NCBI GenBank assembly: GCA_965233865.1
Contig: OZ247587.1
Location: forward strand, 672,001-736,000
Origin: Candidatus Neptunichlamydia sp.
GTDB taxonomy: Bacteria > Chlamydiota > Chlamydiia > Chlamydiales > Simkaniaceae
Length of the DNA stretch: 64,000 nucleotides
Direction: 5' to 3'
A model generated the notes under the pieces. It was not told where the DNA came from and did no database searches. It saw nothing but the letters and a program-made list of their open reading frames with translations. Both the position numbers and the translations under genes were made by a program. Each line of letters opens with the position of its first letter. The stretch's first letter is position 1. This document shows positions 58,968 through 64,000 of the stretch, in pieces.

Positions 58968-59840
58968 CTATTTTTTCTTCTCTTCTAAAAGAGCCAATAG
59001 ATACTTCCCATAATCACTGTTAATCAATGATTTAGCAATAGATTCAAGCTCTAGGTCTCCAATCCACTTATTTTGATAGGCTATTTCTTCAACACATCCC
59101 ACTCGGATCCCTTGTCTCTCCTGAATGACCTGTATATAGTTGGAGGCTTGGTGAAGAGCTTCAAAGGTCCCAGTATCGAGCCAAGCAAAGCCTCGATCGA
59201 ATAGATGGACTCTTAAGGCCCCTTGATCAAGGTAGGCACGGTTGAGATCGGTGATCTCCAGCTCACCACGAGCCGAAGGAGTGAGTCCTTTTGCTAGAGA
59301 GACCGCTTGACCATCATAGAAATAGAGCCCTGTGACAGCATAGGAAGAAGGGGCGGGATCAGGCTTCTCAATGAGATTAGATACCCTGTCACCCTTAAAT
59401 ACAACCACTCCATAGCGCTCAGGATCCTTCACCTGATAACCAAAGATGGCCGCCCCCGATTCAAGCTCGGCACAGCTCTTGAGTAGGGAGGGCATGTGAT
59501 CACCATAAAAGATATTGTCCCCGAGAATGAGGGCCACATTCTCCCCATCAATAAAGGACTCACCGATAATTAAAGATTCAGCAATCCCTCGAGGTTCCTC
59601 CTGCACAGCATAGGAAAGAGAAATCCCTAACTGAGATCCATCTCCAAAAAGGGTCTCAAAACGAGGCAAATCATGAGGTGTAGAGATAATCATAATTTCC
59701 TGGATTCCTGCCAGCATCAAAACAGAGAGGGGGTAGTAAATCATCGGTTTATCGTAAATAGGAAGGAGTTGCTTACTTGTAACAAGTGTTAAAGGGTGAA
59801 GGCGTGAGCCTAGCCCCCCAGCTAAAATGATACCTTTCAT
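58968..59840 (-). CDS. rfbA: Glucose-1-phosphate thymidylyltransferase
   Basis: GIILAGGLGSRLHP, SKQLLPIYDKPMIYY, SARGELEIT and WLDTGT motifs. Confidence 0.96.
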   Translation of the reverse strand: MKGIILAGGLGSRLHPLTLVTSKQLLPIYDKPMIYYPLSVLMLAGIQEIMIISTPHDLPRFETLFGDGSQLGISLSYAVQEEPRGIAESLIIGESFIDGENVALILGDNIFYGDHMPSLLKSCAELESGAAIFGYQVKDPERYGVVVFKGDRVSNLIEKPDPAPSSYAVTGLYFYDGQAVSLAKGLTPSARGELEITDLNRAYLDQGALRVHLFDRGFAWLDTGTFEALHQASNYIQVIQERQGIRVGCVEEIAYQNKWIGDLELESIAKSLINSDYGKYLLALLEEKKK

Positions 59841-59841
59841 G

Positions 59842-60402
59842 TTACATCTCTATTGAATAGATATCGGGAAGTCCCCGATAATATTCCTTGTAGTCCAAAC
59901 CATACCCGACAACAAATCGATCTTCAATATCAAAAAGAGAAATATCAGGGCGATAATCGGTACTATGAGGCACATCTTTTGAAAGCAATACAAGAGACTT
60001 AAAAGAAGCCGGTTTCTTGTCTTGAATTTTTCGAGACAACTCTGCCAAGGTTTCCCCTGTGTCAAAGATATCGTCGACTAGTAGAACATGCTTCCCTGTA
60101 ATTTCTAGGGAGTCAACACCCGCAACCTCTTGCTCCCCCGTAACAATACCTCCATCCCTGTAGCTAGTAGTTTGAACTACTCCCAAACGGATAGGAAGGT
60201 GGGTATGACGAAGCAAATCACCGACTAAGATAAAGGAACCTTTCAGTACCATCACAATGGTAAGCTCTTCAGTAGAATAATGATTTTCAAGCACGCGCGC
60301 GGTTCTTTCTAAACGCTCCTCAATTTCTTGAGAGCTAATGAGGAGTTGCAGCTGCAGTTCGTTGCCCGGGGGCTGTTTCTTCTGTATGAGTTTTTGGTTC
60401 AT
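59842..60402 (-). CDS. hpt: Hypoxanthine-guanine phosphoribosyltransferase
   Basis: VLKGS, LLVDDIFDTGETL and FVVGYGLDY motifs. Start uncertain. Confidence 0.92.
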   Translation of the reverse strand: MNQKLIQKKQPPGNELQLQLLISSQEIEERLERTARVLENHYSTEELTIVMVLKGSFILVGDLLRHTHLPIRLGVVQTTSYRDGGIVTGEQEVAGVDSLEITGKHVLLVDDIFDTGETLAELSRKIQDKKPASFKSLVLLSKDVPHSTDYRPDISLFDIEDRFVVGYGLDYKEYYRGLPDIYSIEM

Positions 60403-61762
60403 CGTGTACAAAGTTGCATCCTTCTTCAATCAGGGTATCGATAAATGCTAGATTATATCCTTCTCCTGACAAAAAGGTGGGGTTATGAAGCATATATTGG
60501 TGAAACGGGATCGTAGAGTCAATGCCACCGATATGAAATTCACGAAGAGCTCGTTTCGCAATTTTGATAGCATCAGCGCGGTCCTTTCCTTTAACGATGA
60601 GCTTCGCAATCATCGAATCATAAAAAGGCGGGATCCGGTACCCAGAATAACAAGCGCTATCAACGCGCACATTGGGTCCTCCAGAAGGAATGTAGTATTC
60701 TAAAAGCCCAGGAGATGGCATAAAATTATTTGTAGGATTCTCGGCATTAATCCGGAATTCAAAGACATGGCCTTCCATCCGAATATTCTTTTGTTTGTAT
60801 AAGAGTTTTTCTCCCATTGCCATCTTAATCTGTTCTTTCACAAGATCGATTCCGGTCAACTCTTCTGTTACAGTGTGCTCTACTTGGATGCGAGTATTAA
60901 CCTCCATAAAAAAGAAGTTCTTCTTTTCATCAAGGAGGAACTCCACAGTTCCCACAGTGTGATACTTTGCAACTCTTGCCAAATGCACTGCCGCTTCTCC
61001 CATCTTTTTTCGCAAATAAGGAGTCAGAACAGGACTTGGGGTCTCTTCAATCAGCTTTTGCCGTCTTCTTTGAATGGTACAATCTCTTTCCCCTAAATGC
61101 ACATAATTCCCATGCTCATCTCCAAGGATCTGCACTTCAATGTGGCGAGGATTAACGATCATTTTTTCTAAATAAACATCAGGGTTCCCAAAGGAAACTT
61201 CTGCTTCAGCGCGAGCTGCTGCAAATTGACGGACAAAATCATCAGAATTTTGAGCAATTCGAATCCCCTTTCCACCGCCACCAGCTGTCGCTTTAATGAA
61301 GACTGGAAATCCAATTTTTTTGGATTCTTTCAAAGCCTCGTCAACAGTTTCTACGATCCCATTGGACCCAGGAATAATAGGACATCGCACGCTCTTTGCA
61401 AGGATTTTAGCTTGCGCTTTATCGCCAAGTATCGCAATCGTCTTTGCTGACGGGCCTATAAAGGTAATGCCACAGCTTTCACAAATTGATGCAAAGTTGG
61501 CATTTTCACTTAGGAAGCCATAGCCTGGATGGATCGCATCGGCACCAGAAATCTCACAAGCCGACAAAATATGGGGGATTTTAAGGTAAGATTGATTCGA
61601 AGGAGCATCTCCAATACAAATCGCTTCATCGGCATGGAGTACGTGAAGGGCTTCCGCATCCGCTTTGGAGTAAACAGCCACTGTTTGGAGACCAAGATCG
61701 TGACACGCTCGAATAATTCGAACTGCTATTTCACCTCGGTTTGCAACTAAGACTTTTTTCAT
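60335..61762 (-). CDS. accC: Acetyl-CoA carboxylase biotin carboxylase
   Basis: ANRGEIA, HPGYGFLSEN, GGGGKG and EVNTRIQVEH motifs. Confidence 0.97.
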   Translation of the reverse strand: MKKVLVANRGEIAVRIIRACHDLGLQTVAVYSKADAEALHVLHADEAICIGDAPSNQSYLKIPHILSACEISGADAIHPGYGFLSENANFASICESCGITFIGPSAKTIAILGDKAQAKILAKSVRCPIIPGSNGIVETVDEALKESKKIGFPVFIKATAGGGGKGIRIAQNSDDFVRQFAAARAEAEVSFGNPDVYLEKMIVNPRHIEVQILGDEHGNYVHLGERDCTIQRRRQKLIEETPSPVLTPYLRKKMGEAAVHLARVAKYHTVGTVEFLLDEKKNFFFMEVNTRIQVEHTVTEELTGIDLVKEQIKMAMGEKLLYKQKNIRMEGHVFEFRINAENPTNNFMPSPGLLEYYIPSGGPNVRVDSACYSGYRIPPFYDSMIAKLIVKGKDRADAIKIAKRALREFHIGGIDSTIPFHQYMLHNPTFLSGEGYNLAFIDTLIEEGCNFVHDEPKTHTEETAPGQRTAAATPH

Positions 61763-61764
61763 GA

Positions 61765-62232
61765 CTAACTTATGGTAAGGAGTTTCGTTCCAAATTCTAC
61801 AGGATCAGCGTTGTCTAAGAACACCTTTTTTACAACACCGCTTTTTCCAGCCTTTACCTCGTTCATCACCTTCATTGCTTCGATGATACAAACAACGGTA
61901 TCTTCCTTCACTCTATCTCCTACCTTGACAAACGGATCGTCATCTGGAGACGGGGAGGCATAATATGTTCCCACCATTGGAGATGTTAATGCATCATCTC
62001 TCTTAGACTCGGTTTTTTCCAGCTCTTTTACTGTTTCAGGAAGAATCCTACTTTCCTGAGTACCCACGCGAGGTGCACCCATCATTGGCGCATGCGTAGG
62101 ATAAGGGGCAACTTCAAAGTCGCTTCCCCTTTCAAGTTCTAGCTCGAAACCACTTTTTTCCTTTAGGATCACTTTTTTCATCCCTTTGGCTTCCATGGCT
62201 TCCATAAGCTCTTTAATTTTCTCTAAATCCAC
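61765..62232 (-). CDS. accB: Biotin carboxyl carrier protein
   Basis: SPMVGT and EAMKVMNE biotinylation motif. Confidence 0.96.
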   Translation of the reverse strand: MDLEKIKELMEAMEAKGMKKVILKEKSGFELELERGSDFEVAPYPTHAPMMGAPRVGTQESRILPETVKELEKTESKRDDALTSPMVGTYYASPSPDDDPFVKVGDRVKEDTVVCIIEAMKVMNEVKAGKSGVVKKVFLDNADPVEFGTKLLTIS

Positions 62233-62248
62233 AGCTTACTCCAAACAA

Positions 62249-62809
62249 TTAGATTCTCTGTACGAACTCACCAAGATGAGTATCGACTTTAATGATATCA
62301 CCCACTTCAATAAAGAGCGGTACTTCTACTTTTGCTCCTGTTTCCAGAATTCCATATTTACTCGCACTTGAGACAGAAACTTTAGATTTTATATCTTCAA
62401 GCTTTATGATCATCAGCTCCAAAAACTGAGGGAGTTCGATCGAAAAAATCGTCTCTCCATAAAACATTGCTCGAATCTGTATTCCCTCTTTCAAATAATT
62501 GACCTTATCTCCAACGATATCGGTTGCAACAAGAACTTCATCAAGCTCGTCGACATCCAAAAACAGGTAGTCTTTTCCCTCTAAGTAAAGAAACTCTAAC
62601 CGTCTCTCACTTAAGTTCACCTCATGAATCTCTTGATCAACTTTAAAGTTTTTCTCAATGACTTCATCAGACATGAGGTTCTTGAGTTTCGTTTTAATAA
62701 ACGGGACGCCCTTGGCGACAGTGACCTTCACACTTGTCTCCACTCGGTAGATTTTTCCATCGAGTGATAGTGTTGTTCCAGGTGAAATCTGATTGCTTGT
62801 AACTGCCAT
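62249..62809 (-). CDS. efp: Elongation factor P, divergent chlamydial paralog
   Basis: EF-P pattern (FLY, FLD, ELP, LETG..V.VPLFI..GD.IKVDT); upstream of accB-accC. Confidence 0.88.
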   Translation of the reverse strand: MAVTSNQISPGTTLSLDGKIYRVETSVKVTVAKGVPFIKTKLKNLMSDEVIEKNFKVDQEIHEVNLSERRLEFLYLEGKDYLFLDVDELDEVLVATDIVGDKVNYLKEGIQIRAMFYGETIFSIELPQFLELMIIKLEDIKSKVSVSSASKYGILETGAKVEVPLFIEVGDIIKVDTHLGEFVQRI

Positions 62810-62816
62810 TTGCGTG

Positions 62817-63494
62817 TTAACCAACTATTTTAAGGGTTTCTAAAAGGGCTTTCAACTCTTTCAGGTATAAAATGGTATAATCGACGTCCTTTTTAAATCC
62901 AGTATTACCTAATCCACGTCCCCATCTAATCTGAACAGTTTTATACCCAAGTGTTTTAGCAGGAGCGAGATCTAATGAAATCCTGTCTCCACAAACTAAA
63001 GCATTTAATGGGGAAATCCCCATCTCTTCACTCACTTTTTGGTATATATTTTTTTTCTCTCCTTCTTTGCAGAAGTAAAGTTTAGTAAAAAATTTAGTTG
63101 AAATTCCCGCTCGCTTCATTTTTTCCCGCTGAATCTTTTCCTTCCCCTTTGTAACAAGAACCAAAGGGTGTGATCTTGAAAGATCTGAGAGCACTTCAAT
63201 CGCATCTTCTACGGGTTGTACTGTCTCATCAAAAACAGGTCTTTCATAGACAGCCTCTAATGCAATATCTAGACAAGAGAATGGAGCTCGATTGATTTCA
63301 AGAAACTCCATCAAAGCATCCTTTGAGCTGGTATGAAATGTATTGAGACGCAAAAGTTCTTGGTAGGAACGGTTGAAATTGGCCATAGACAACCCCACCC
63401 CTTCCATCTCCTTAAGGACTTTTTTTAGAACTCCAGGGAGGATCGATCCACTTGTATCGATCAATGTATCGTCTAAATCAAAGATGATCAACAA
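62817..63494 (-). CDS. HAD family hydrolase
   Basis: FDLDDTLIDT, VTKG and GDRISLDL motifs. Confidence 0.85.
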   Translation of the reverse strand: MLIIFDLDDTLIDTSGSILPGVLKKVLKEMEGVGLSMANFNRSYQELLRLNTFHTSSKDALMEFLEINRAPFSCLDIALEAVYERPVFDETVQPVEDAIEVLSDLSRSHPLVLVTKGKEKIQREKMKRAGISTKFFTKLYFCKEGEKKNIYQKVSEEMGISPLNALVCGDRISLDLAPAKTLGYKTVQIRWGRGLGNTGFKKDVDYTILYLKELKALLETLKIVG

Positions 63495-64000
63495 TATTCA
63501 TAATCTCTTTTGTTACTTGCGTAGAATTATGGCGGATCAGGCTCCGACTCATAATGTCCCCTTTCCTTTTTTCAGTCAATGCCCCTAAGAGCTTCGCTGA
63601 AATAATTCGAGGATCATCAATGTCATTTTCTACGAGTTCACCTTCCTCGGCGTATCTTTCAATTAATGCTGGATCAGGAGTTTGGTTATTTACTAAGATA
63701 TAATCAAAGACATCCTTCCCTAAATAATGGACAGTCTCTTTGAGATAATCACTTACTTTGTAGCCTGTTGTCTGTCCTCTACGGTTCATCAAATTGCAAA
63801 TAAAAACCTTTTTTGCCTGAGATTCCCTTAGAGCTTTGCTCACACCGTCAACTAGTAGGTTAGGAATGATCGAGGTGTGAAGGCCTCCTGGACCAATAAC
63901 AACCAAATCAGAATTTATAATTTCAGAGAGCGCATGAGGATTTGGTTTTGGAAAAGGCTCCAGATAAATCTTACTATAGCCCTTATCAATTTCGTGGGAG
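63478..64000 (-). CDS. YvcK/UPF0052 family protein, 3' part
   Basis: Frame open to the window edge: DLVVIGPGGLHTSIIPNLLV...CNLM..GQT...LIRH. Confidence 0.88.
   Translation of the reverse strand, partial: SHEIDKGYSKIYLEPFPKPNPHALSEIINSDLVVIGPGGLHTSIIPNLLVDGVSKALRESQAKKVFICNLMNRRGQTTGYKVSDYLKETVHYLGKDVFDYILVNNQTPDPALIERYAEEGELVENDIDDPRIISAKLLGALTEKRKGDIMSRSLIRHNSTQVTKEIMNIVDHL

Noticed and set aside
716..63906. Many 60-170 aa alternate-frame or antisense ORFs in the track
   Set aside because: Shadows of well-supported genes, without motifs or SD sites.
1..64000. CRISPR array, tRNA/rRNA, prophage or defence system
   Set aside because: No repeat-spacer periodicity, cloverleaf/rRNA signatures or phage/defence motifs recognised by eye; a covariance-model scan would be needed to exclude small RNAs.

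Overview
64-kb chromosomal segment from an environmental Chlamydiota member, probably Simkaniaceae-like. This is inferred from conserved chlamydial gene order: sucD-sucC/ftsY, CT779-like-priA-lysS-cysS-aas, rsbV-miaA-CT768-like-rsfS-fabF-Nudix, and efp-accB-accC. Most of the window is housekeeping. Several AT-rich accessory patches carry putative type III secretion substrates, IS3/IS5 remnants and many recent pseudogenes. I recognised no rRNA, tRNA or CRISPR array. Most notable observations: (1) an intact 68-aa histone-fold protein with a Lys-rich N-terminal tail (45999-46205); (2) a class II LysRS fused to an N-terminal B3/4 (tRNA-deacylase-type) domain; (3) a decayed pair of eukaryote-like genes, one ubiquitin-like ending RLRGG and one Bmt5/DUF2431-like rRNA methyltransferase, sharing a Cys-rich domain and seen only as fragments in the ORF track; (4) a chaperone-less four-gene T3SS translocon-like operon; (5) a CX5R phosphatase-motif effector candidate; (6) unusual fusions: NDH-2+cNMP, 2H-phosphoesterase+archease-like, and PlsC+ACP+acyl-ACP synthetase. 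All family assignments come from motif recognition by eye; no database searches were run.
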